Origin: Pavona decussata
Taxonomy: Eukaryota
Length of the DNA stretch: 64,000 nt
Assembly (NCBI GenBank): GCA_977016875.1
Contig: CDRNST010000318.1
Location: forward strand, 1,860,001-1,924,000
Reading direction: 5' to 3'
Part shown: positions 41,401 to 53,400 of the stretch, in pieces
How positions within the stretch are numbered: position 1 is the first letter of the stretch
How the letters are laid out: each line of letters begins with the position of its first letter
The notes under the pieces: model-generated
The model's input: the letters and a program-made list of their open reading frames with translations, nothing else
Told to the model about the DNA's origin: nothing
Databases searched by the model: none
Translations under genes and position numbers: made by a program

Positions 41401-44400
41401 TATACATCTGAAACCCAAGGAAGAAGAATTGATAGATTTTTTAGATTTTCATGCGAGAAAAACATGAAGATTTGATCAAGCAAATAAAACAAAAATTCTA
41501 TCATTTAAACTTTAAGCTATGGGAGACGTTCTCTTTTTACAGTTTATCAGTCTCCGATATAGACACTAACAGATTGTTAAAGTACCAAGCCCTGTTACTC
41601 AATGTTATAGAGAATAAACCAGATAGTCCAAACATGCTAGAAGGAAAGGAAAGACTTACTGGCTGAAGTGTTGCTGTTGACAGACCAAGTTGAGCCAAAG
41701 ATAATGTGCTAAGGTTCACATTTGCAGGTAAAATAATCCTTTGCCCTTGGACAGCCACAGGCTCGATATTCACCACTTGCGGCATGGGAGCAGGTGGCAA
41801 CTCCGGCATTTGTTCTGTGTGTGTGTCCTGGACAGGCTGAATGCTACCCTGAGGTGTAATAAATACCGTGGCAACAGATGGTTTCCCTTGAGGCTGCTGC
41901 TTAATTGCGATGCTAGGCCCCTGGGGTGTATTCTGGGAAGTGACAACATTTGGCATCTCGCATGATGTCTGAGCTGAAAGACTGCTCATTTGGCTAGTAT
42001 ACGGATTTTGGGTTGTAGGCTCAATAGCGACATTGGATGGTGCTCGTAGTAATGACTGAAGAGCCTGGGCGATGGCATTCTGATTTTTGGGCTTCAATTG
42101 AAGTGAAGGCTGAACAGGTAAATTTTTTGGCTGGACAACAGGCTGAGATTGCTCCTGTTTTGGCTGTGCCACTTGCATGGCTCCAGTATTGGTTAAGGAA
42201 TTCAGTGCATTGACAAGCTCGGCTGGAACACTGCTTGTTTGCTTAGACTGCAACATTTGTCTCAACTGGTACAACTGGCTGAGCAAAGCAGGATCTTGTG
42301 TACCACCTACAGTGTTTGTCTCTTGTGCTGGCAACTGCACTACAGGAGCAGATATTACTGGTGATTGTTGAGTAAGAAGCTGTCCTAGAACTGAGTTATT
42401 CACTGACTGAAAGGACTCGGTAGCATGGGGGACAGTAGACACTGAAGATACCACGTTCAAAGGGGAGTTGTTACTCACTGAAGGAGCTGACAGCAACTGT
42501 TCTAAGAGATGTGCCTCTCCTGACTGCAAATTACTATTGGTGTTGTACAGCTGTGTTGGTGCAGAGCTGGTAAATGTTGCAGAAGGCACTACAGATCCTT
42601 GCAAGTTTGCTCCTAATGCTGCAGCACTCAACACTTGTTGTGGATCAGACATCTTTCTCCTGCGCTGGGATGGTCCTGGTGAGGGCACTCGCTGTGGTTG
42701 TTGCACCAGATTCAGCAGGGAAGAATCAGACATGTTACGTGGTAATCGTACTTGTTTCCTCCCCTTCAATGCAGACAGCCTGCTAGGCTGCATTGAGCTT
42801 GAACTTGACTGTGACAATTGCTTGGTTACATCTGAAGACTGCAATGTCGGCAAGGAAGGAGGTGATGTTGGACTTCTAGACATGCTTGCTAGACTGCTTA
42901 GTCTGGAATCAGACATGTTCCTTGGCAGTCTAGCCCGCTTAGCTTGGGTTGCTGCTGGTGGAGTTGATGTTACCCTTGTGCGTGGCTGTATGGATTGCAA
43001 ATGTGCCACAAGGTTCGGGGCCTCCAGTTGTGGGGGCAAATTGCTTTCCATTGAGGGAAAAAGATTAGTTTGAAATGTTGTTCCAAGTTGTGACAAGTCC
43101 ATAGTGTACAACTGGGAATCTGACACATTTCTGGGCAGTCGTCCTTTCCTAGGTTGACTCGATGTATCAGTCTGCCTTGATGAATTAAAAGGATCAATGT
43201 TACCCACAAACTGGGTGGGAGAAAGAGCAGTTCCACGTTGAGCTGCAAGCTGTTGAGCTTGAATTTCTTCCAGAGGGCTCTGCTGCTGCTGCTGCTGGGG
43301 ATTTGGATATGACATCATCTGCGGCTGTTCAACAGGGGATGTCAGGACAGTATTTTGCATGGGAGGGGATGAGGGATGCAGTTTGTTTGGTGGAAGAAAT
43401 CCCGGTGACTGTGACGTCATAGTCTGCTCCATCTGCGCAGTGAAGCTTTGACCCTGCATGACATTGTTGTAATCAAAAGAATAATCTCCAGCTGGGTTTC
43501 CACCAGAAATGTCCATGAGAACTTGTCCTGCGGGAGGCATGCTTTGCTGAGACAGTTGGGTATTGTCTACAGGCGCACTTGAGAACACTTGCTGTGATGC
43601 AGAGTCGTAAGCTCCTGAGTGGTCCATGACTTCCTCATGTCCTGGAACAGTTGTTTCAAAAGGAACTCCTGGGTTAACAAACATTGTTGGATTGTCTGGA
43701 ACTGATGCCACAGACTGGTGTTGGTAACCTGCCTGGTGAACAAAGTTCTGTTGGTTTGCTGCACTTTCTGCTTGCCTTACTAGCATACCTAAACAGGAAA
43801 ATGATAGGAAAACAAAATAAGCTTTCAGGAAAAAAGTTTAGAGCGTTACGAGCTTTCAGTTCCTTTGCAGAATCTTTCTCAAATAAGTGAGAAGTCAATT
43901 TGTGTCACATGACTTGAGGTGGTGTGAGTGACATGACAAAATGTCCAAAAAGACCACTGCTAGTTCATAACCGCTGTCTCGATTGAGGTTGGGGCCCTGG
44001 CACAGTATCTCGATTGCCTATCTGATCCTCCTTCACAGGACGTCAAGTTTTTTAAGTTTTATTTCAAGTTTTATTTATTCACAACAGAACCTTAAGTTAT
44101 AACTAGGCTGGCTTGATGTCAGTTTCCCTTCTGATGATTGTGGTTGAAGACATAGCCAGGGAGTGCCCAAGCAAATTGATAGTTGAGACCACAGTTCAGA
44201 CTAGTAAACACAATGCAGCACTGAGCACAATGAAATTCATCACACCTTCTCTTCTAAATTTTAAAGGTTGACACAACTAGCAGTTTGCACATGGTGTCCC
44301 TGCTTTTAAACTAACTTTGCAGTAACCAGTTTTATGACAATATGGAGCATATCACAACTTGTAGTAAAATCAAAAAACCCCTGAAAATTACGCAGAAATA

Positions 44401-47400
44401 AAATAACCAACAAAGAAAAGCAACTCAGTACTTTTCCAGCTGATTCTAACAATTTGTTGGATTTAGACTGAGACAGAACAGGAGAGGAAAAAAATGATAT
44501 CAGCTCCAATGTCAACCCTTTGGATCTGGAAACTGACACACATTTACTGCTTAGCCACCAAGTTTATTCAAAGGGATTCTTGCAGTTGCACTCAATTTAG
44601 AGCAACTTTGGTTTGACCAATCACATTGCTGAAAACTTTGATAAGAGGGGTTAAAGGATTAAGGTATACAAGTTAAACTTACTGGTAAATGACTCAAAGT
44701 GCTCCATAAATTCATCTAAATTGGGCTGCAAACTGTCCAGAGTAGGAACTTGAAACACATCTGGTGTATCTAAATAAATAATTAATAAATAAATGATAAG
44801 CATAATAATGAGAAGAGGAACCTCCACAGCACATCTCATTAGGACACATAATGGCTGATACAACATTTGAATAATAAATTATGAATCATTGGACGAGTAA
44901 AAAATAACTTCTGCTTATTTAAAAGGCCTTTCAAAGAGAAGAAGTTTGGCGTTTTCTTTTGTTGAATATCTTCTCTTGTTCCAGAGATATTCAAGTTTTT
45001 GTTCAAGAATTGATGACGTCACAAATCGTTTCAGTACAAGACAAATCTAACCATTCATGAAAAGAAAACAAAGGAAATCACTACTGCAAAGGAGGTTTGG
45101 AAAAGTGACCTTAACTGACATTAAATCTGGTGAACTTTTTCTTTGAATTTCTCCAAGAATTAACAGTGGTTTGAGATGCTATAGATGAGTAGCACAATCA
45201 CCGTACCCATTTCTGTAACATGCCGGAAATAATGAAATTTTTTATTTTGGGGTATAATCACATCTTTTGGTTTATTTGAAACTCATACTTACAAATCTTA
45301 CTGATTTTTAGGAAAATATTACATTTTTGTCTTGTTTAACTGAATTTTTAATTTACCCATGAGCCCTTGCGGGTGTGGTCTTTCCCACAAATTATCAATT
45401 TTGTGTTCACTGGTGCAAGTAAAAAGTAAAAATGAAATGTTTTGACCTCTAAACAGATCTTTTGGACTACATAGAGGCTAATTTCTCCTCATTCAGATCT
45501 ACTGGCACTCTAAATACTGTCTTTCTACCCCTCTTTACAACATGAAAATTGTTGCTCAATATCCGGAAAAATTAATTTCCCTGAAAAATGTCTCAGGCCT
45601 CCCCTGTAACATTCATATCAGGAGAGGTTACTAAGCTTTTTCTTCGACACGAAAGCATGGCATCTTTGCGAAGTAAACTGCAGATTTCCAAACGCTCTTA
45701 GTGGGGTTAATGGCTGTACTCCGCTTTCAATATGGCGTCAACATCGCGAAAAACGTAGCGACTCAATGAAAAGGTAATATTTTGGCTGTTTTAAAAGCTA
45801 TGAGGACGAGAGTATGGAAATAACAAGGGGAACGTGTGAGCATTCAGTTCTGCTCAGTTTCATAACCCGATTGTACCTTGTTTGGATCACGGCGGTGAAT
45901 GAAAAGGTGAGTTCTCAAAAAATATTATTGCGTAATTGCGTTTCAATAAACCGTAGCGACTTCTTTGAGCTATCATTTCTCCGCTTATAGTCGATGCCTT
46001 TGACTGATTTTTCCCTATGTTAAAACATTAAGTATGAGCATTTAGTTGATATGTTTTTATTCCCTCAGATATCAACTTGAGCTCTACTACGGACAACAAC
46101 ATAGTGAACCTCTAAATTCTTCAACGCAGCGTTACAGGAAGGATACTCCAGAAAGATGAATCCTTTAAATGTGTTTTAATAAACTTGAAATGTTGAAATT
46201 TTGCTCAAACGTATTGTTTATTGTGTGTTATCACTAGGTATAATCCGTTTGGCCATACAAGCTTCCTTTTTTATGAAAAATGTTTTTGAAAATTTTTACT
46301 GCGAAGATTGTGTTACGCGTTACAGTCAAAATTTGCTCATTTTCTCATCTTTTCCCGTTATTTTTTCAAAAATAAAAATGTAGTTTACACTTTTTACACT
46401 TTTATGGTAATTAACATTGTCAACCACAGCTTTATGCAAAAATCTAGCTTTATTGGAGGTGTTTGATAGAATAAATCAATGAAAGTTTTCCTACCACCCC
46501 CAAATGGGCATGATGATTGTGCTACTCATCATAACAAACACTCGAAAGAATGTTTCATCTGATTTCCAAACACCTTGACGTTGGTTTAAAAACCTTGGCT
46601 CCGCATCATTTTGCCAACCTACTTCTCAGTGTTTGGAAATCCAATGAAACACTCTTCCTTTGATATATCACATTATGAATAATTGGACTTATCCACACCT
46701 GCTGGACTACCATTAAGTTTTGAACAACCTGACTTCACAAGAGAAGTAACTAGCCATAAACTAAAGAAATTCCCCCACCCTTGTAGTCATTTTGAAACTC
46801 TAAGTAGCCAGCTATCTTCACCATAGCTGCCTGCAGTAACAGCTGATGACCAGCTGCTAATGACTGCCTTGGTCTGATTTTACTTGTTTACCTTTGGGTC
46901 GTCCTAATAAAGCCTGTTGTTGACTCAGCTCTTGTGGAATGACCATGCCTCCAAAGTTAGTTGTGCGGGATGTAAACAGTGTGTCAGGGAGAGAGGACAA
47001 TGCCATGTCTGAAAAACACATAACTGATATCAATACTTCCACAAACAAATAATATCACACAAAGCTTTTGAAGAACAAAACCCAGTGACCAGTTTATGGA
47101 ACAGGCTAATTGTCAGGATATACCATCGTCTGAGGTCAACAGTAAGGTATTTTTATAATATTACCATGATTTAAGGATGTGTCCATGATATTAAGCATCT
47201 GCTCAAGTGGTGCATCACTGGAAGAAGGTGGTGGAGGGCTTGTGGCTGAACCACCATCATTACTGCCTGAGCTTATTCTCCTGGTAAAGTAAACCCACAA
47301 GATGGAACTTAGTTCAAAACCTGATTTTCACAGCAAGAAGCTACCACCCTACTGGCCCCCCTTTAGTATTAACCAAGACTGTTCCATAAAATAACAGCTG

Positions 47401-50400
47401 TGAAAGACAGCAAGACAATGTAAAATAATTAATGGTACACAGAGTTGCTTAGAATCTCATCCGGTATTATCAGACACCTTGGGCTAAAGTCTGCAAAGAG
47501 AAATGGGCCATTCACAATGAAATGCTGTTGACAATCATTTTTCCCTTCAAATTTATGCACTGAGAGGTGGTACATGTACCAAGCAGCAATGAGATGCTAT
47601 GAACACTGTAGTAATGGTTCTAGCTAAGACGTTCTGCCAGGAAAAACTTGATATTGACAGATAATAACTGCACAGACCTCCTTCTTCTTTCTCTTTCTTG
47701 CAGCTGTAGGGCAATCTCTTGGTCAATCTGTTGAGCCTGCAGAAGAAAGAACAGTTTAATTAACCCTTTCACTCCCAGGAGTGATCAATTTGTAATTTTT
47801 CCTTACATTATCAATACATTGTCAACCAGACAGGTAATGAGAATAAAGAAATTAATCACCAACTAGGTGATATTGTTTGATGCATTACCAAATTCTGTGA
47901 ACTAACTTTAAAAGAAATGTATGGCAGTCAGACAGGAGGATTAACATTAAGACCACGTTCGAGTGACTGTATTCCGGAATAAGAATAAACAGAACAGCTC
48001 TTGGATTTCTCTCTTTAAGTAAATTTGGGAAGACATTTGTGTAAACCTTCGCTGACACGTCATCATTCAAGAGCGACTTTGTCTTTCCAGTAACTCCAGA
48101 AACCTCTTATGAGGGATTTCTTGTCATCATTGTATGTATTCCTATTCCGGAATAGGGTCAATCGAACACACCCTGAGACAATTCAAGGAAACAGGTTTTT
48201 GATCTTAAAGGAAATCATCAAATATTAGCTATTACATTCACAAAACACAAATTCCTTAGAAGTGGCACTGATTGAAGTGTATGGCAATCATTGAGAATAA
48301 GCTGAACTGAAATACAAGCTTTACAAACCCGAGGGCTCAAATGTTTCAGTGGAGTGGCTCTTGGAGTTTCTGACCACTGCAAGGAAAGAAATTAAAAATG
48401 TGAAATTTGCGTTTAATTGTTGCTGTGTACTGACAAGCACTTTACTTTACAAGTAAATGTATGATTACTGTCAGAATCAGAGAACTGAGAACATGTGAAT
48501 CTGTCTTTTGTGTTCTTTTGTACTTACCCATTGGCCGAGAACATTAACAAATACATAGCAACTAAACCACTTTGCTATTTTTTCATAACAATACTTTATT
48601 CAAATACATATGCCATAATAAACATTGTACATAAAATATATATTTAAAAAGGAAGATCGTGAGGTAAGCCCTATGTAAAAGTCCCCTGACTAAATTTATA
48701 AGCTATAAAAAATATATAGTATAGATACAAAAATGAAAATAATATTATTTTATATAAAATGTAAAATATAGAATTGAAATATGAACTGTAATAAATTGAT
48801 TAAACTCATTTACATGGACTGTTTAAATCTATTGGTAATGAAATCATGTCCAAATTGGTGGTTTGGCAAACTGTTTCAATCTTTGATGATGCTTACAAAG
48901 AAGGAAGACCCCTGGGAGTTAACTTTTGCTGAGATCTTACATTGATGGTTAGCTCTAGTGTTTTTGCTTTTACAATACTCGAAATAATCATTGAAGTCCC
49001 GATCTTTTAGTCCAAACACTGCATGTCTTGTAACATTCCACTTAAGACAGGTACTCTCTTCAATGTTCAAGTGTGTTCCAATTTAGCAATTTACATCATT
49101 CTTTGTACGACATCTTACGTGGGTTTTTACTGAGAGCAATTCTCGATGCTCTTCATTTTTTTATAGCTAATTTATGCTTTGACCAAGTAAGGTGACCATA
49201 CTGCCCGTATGCGTATTCTAAGATCAATCTTACCAATTACTTATAAAGCATGGAGAAGATTTCTTAAGTTTGTTCTTACTGCCAACTGTACACTTTAGTA
49301 GACCCAAGACTTTGTTTTATTTACTATTACATTCACGTGATTCAACAAGGATAAGTCTTGAGACACGTTAACACCTAGGTCTTTATAAAAGTTGACAGAT
49401 TTTAATTCTGTATTTGACAGGTAATAAACATGTTTACTTTTGTTCCGCTGGTGCGTTATGCATTTCTGAAGATTAAATTTAACTTGCCAGCTCCTTGTCC
49501 ATATACCGTACTATTAAAACATTTTGTTATTCAAAAGCGTTGACAGTTGTTAGATTCACACCGTTAAATCATTTTCAGAAATATTGAACTCTTCACTAAA
49601 ACTTAAAGTTTCATCTAATATTTCATCCTTATTTGCGATCATTCAAATCATGGATGATTGGCAGGTCTCCTTTACAGTAAAGCTGTTAAGAAACTTTTTT
49701 ACAGTTTTGAATGTGGGTGTTCTCTGCAGCAGTAAAAGGATGGAAGGTTTATGTTACTAATTTGCATAAATTTGCAATGTAAACAGAAAACTAGTCTAGA
49801 CATAACAGTTGAGCTTTGTCTGCTAATGGAGAGAAGAACAATATGTACACACTTGTAAAAGGAATTGTCAAAACACTCAAACCTTATTCAATGATAAATG
49901 TTGATAAAAATATATCAAATGAGCTGCCTGGCAAGAAGGCCAAGGAATGGTAATGCCAAGATATAGCAGGATTGTTTAAGAAAGGTAGATAACCTCTGGC
50001 AAGAATACATGGGAACTATGTAATGATAAGGCAGATAATCCTTTGCTTTACTGACTGAGCTAAAAGGCCAGACATAAGCATTTTAAGGGTATAAAAGACA
50101 GTACAAATTACAGAAACTAGACAAAAGCAATTACAAAAGCAATTACAGATAAAAGAGACAATGAAAATACTAGTGACAAAAAAAAATCATTCAGTATATT
50201 TTGAATGCTAACAAAAAAACATCAACCCTGGCTGATAAATCTCTACTACTATATGGGGCTTTCAATGAGGATTGGGGCCAGGGATTTTCCCTGCCAGGGT
50301 AATCTGAGTGAGAATCCTGTTGCGGTTTGGGTCTTTTATGTTATGTTATCGAGACATTTAAGTGACAGGTATTTCCACTGAACCTTCGACTTCAGGATGA

Positions 50401-53400
50401 CAGGTGTCTAGAGGGGCATGGGCGGGCGGGGCTTGTGGCTAGGTTGCAGGTAAGACAGGTCATTGGAGTGTTCTATCACCTCAGGGTTGGGATTGCAGTT
50501 TCAGCCCCCAGGCTCTTGGACACCCAATCGCCACTTGCAATATAGGTGTTAATTAATTAACTAATTAATTCTTTTAAGTAAAGGTTTAGTTATACATAGA
50601 CAAGTGAAAATAAACGATAAAACCGAACAACGTTTCGGGGTCGTCATGACGCCATTATCATTTCTGACATTGACTTTATTTATTTCTATCACTTCGAACT
50701 TGATAATGGCGTCATGACGACTCCGAAACCTTGTTCGGTTTTATCGTTTATTTTCACTTGTCTATGTATAACTAATTAATTAATGCTAAATTGCCAATAA
50801 GTATTGTTTCTCAAGCAATCAGGAAAATGACCAGAATCTGAACTGTATCAGACCATCATCTCCATGGTAACACAAGTTCTCCCAGGAGTGAGAATACCCT
50901 TGAACTGAAAAATCCTGCAAATGGAACATAAGACCTCCTTGCATTACAAACCTTTTTGTAATATATTCTGAGCTTCTTGTACTCCCTAGAAACAGCTTCT
51001 AACTTTCTTCGCCAGTACTTGCCTTCGAGAATGACTGCCTACAAGGCAAACAACGGTAAAGGCAGCCATGTTAGTGCTCTCTTCATATTTGTAATATATA
51101 CAGATTTTCTTTACAGTTAAATTAAAAGTTTAAAGAAAACAACAAAACTTTTTAGTTTGCAAAACATGTTTCAACAGAGACTTGTCATCTTCAGTTACTT
51201 AATGTACAAAGCGTTTGAAGTTGAATTTATAATAAGTAGACAAAATTAATATTTAACCAAGTTACATGTAACAACCATGATCTTAGCAGTCCTGTGCAGC
51301 CAGCATTTTTTTTTTTCATTAGAGCTGTCAGCAGACTTCAGTTTTAGGTGCAGGCTCAAATAATGTAACTGATGTGCTGTAGCATGGCATGCTAACTCCT
51401 TGAGCATTCTCCAGCATGACTTAGCCTTGTTTGTAGCAGTTTTCTCTAGCATTTTGGTAGCATGATCCTCTTTTTTTCCTTCCGCTGGATAAGTGTCTGA
51501 AGTGGAATGGGGACTCATGGCTGGGTTGTGGGGGCGGGGGCAGGTGTGGTATTCTATCCAGGGGCTGCCTGACCACAGTGGAAGTCCTGGATGTCCCAGG
51601 CAAGCCTCCCACTTTAGCAAAGCAGTTGGTTAATAATGCAGATAGTCTACCGTTAACCAGTGTCTGTCCATACTGAGGACAATCACCACTGGAAGTCATT
51701 CAAAGAAAATTGCCCTAAAAATCTTTAAGGCAATTATAATGACTATTAGTTATGTCTATAAGGGAGAACTTTATTTTAATAGTAAGCTTTAAGGCTAAAA
51801 TTGTAGGCCCAACTTGTCAGCTCATAGATACTGGCTATCCCACTTTAATACACAAGACAATAATTATTTGTTTGCCCAGTTTCTTAAAGGTGGTCTCACG
51901 AGGCTGAAAAATGGCCTGCTATTTAAATGGAAAATCTGCTACTCCACAACTAATTTCAGGAATTGGGCAGATTTTCATTTTTATGAATTGGCCATGAATC
52001 ATAATCATATTGAGATACCAGAATTTGTACTCTGGTACCATTGGACCAGCAAATCAGAATGACAAATCATAGCAGGTGTACCAGCCATAAGGTGACAAAA
52101 AAAGCATCTTGATCCTTACTATGATACAAAACAACCACAAACTTATCCAAGTGGAGGCACCAACACTGTTTCCTAGTCGGACAGAGTTGAAGGTTTTTTA
52201 AGTTCATTTTCTATGAATGTCTTCCAATGGTGATTGCTCTCAGTATGTAAAGCACATATTGCTTCTTCCTTTATGATATAAAACAATTCCGAATTTTTCC
52301 CAAGGAGGAGTATCAACACTGTGTTCCTAGTTGAACAGATTTTTGTTATCAGCCAAAAGGCTGAAATGTGGACTTCCACTTTTCAATATCTATGCTCCTC
52401 TTGCTATATATTGCATCCTTCAGAAGTGAGAAGAAATAGAAGGAATTACACTTACCAAAGGTTTCTTATTATCTTTTTCCTCGGAGAGAGGAGGGGCAAA
52501 CTGGCAGAACAGCGGACGCTTTCCTTTGGAATCTTCACGAAACAAGAAAATAATAATATTACACAATCACTTAGTAGCCCATGGCAGGGTTCAAAATAGA
52601 GCCAGACTTTCACTGACAGCCACCATTTTCATCACATTCACTGGCAATTTTTTTGTCCACAAAGACCAACTAAGAGTGACATGACATGTCTATGATTGTA
52701 GAAATGAGTATTAAAACCAAAACATTACCAGCACTTCTGCAATCATGGAATTTGAACATACAATAACTGCAAACATGCATTTATTTCTTTTTTCATAATT
52801 ATACACAAGGTTAGAGGAAAATTTGTCTGGTTGGCTACATTCAAGCTTCAATACAATGTCAGTCAAAATAAACTTGTGAAAATAGGTCATATCTCAATTT
52901 CTCGGTCATATTCAGTCTTTGTCAATAAATTGTTTTGATTTGGAAGATCGCTGATGGTGAATATTTGTTTGTTCTTACGGAAAGAAATGAAAATCCAAAA
53001 TCTTCCACTGCTTGCGCACCTGGCAAATAATTATTTACAATAGTTATTTTGTTTGACTTTTTGGAAAAGTTGATTGCCCTTTATCGAAAGCAACATACAC
53101 TCCAAACAAGGAAATCCTGTTTGTTTGTTTTTTTCACACTGAACTGGAACATAAATAGTTTGACAGCTAAGACAAATGTAACAAGATACACTGTACCTTC
53201 CCTCCAGAGCTTCCAAACATATGACTTATGACTAATGTTTTTCGATAGTAAAATGACAAACAAAATTTCCTTTCAAGTTCAAGTTTGCTTTAAGGATTTG
53301 AAGTTACAATTATTCAGTTACTAATAATACATTTTAATTGTACGAATTAGTTTTAATATAAAATATATCAATCTCAGCAGCATGCCTCTGCATGTATTTA

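Noticed and set aside
40601-41666. Two apparently paralogous small ORFs (HEDLIKQI)
   Set aside because: They are the two arms of a DNA foldback element read on opposite strands.
42468-43073. 201-aa plus-strand ORF and other antisense ORFs over the GPCR and TRP exons
   Set aside because: These are shadow ORFs opposite real coding exons, with no independent motifs.
41537-43786. Stand-alone 749-aa gene
   Set aside because: It is exon 10 of Mondo (acceptor at 43788, donor at 41660), in phase with the flanking exons.
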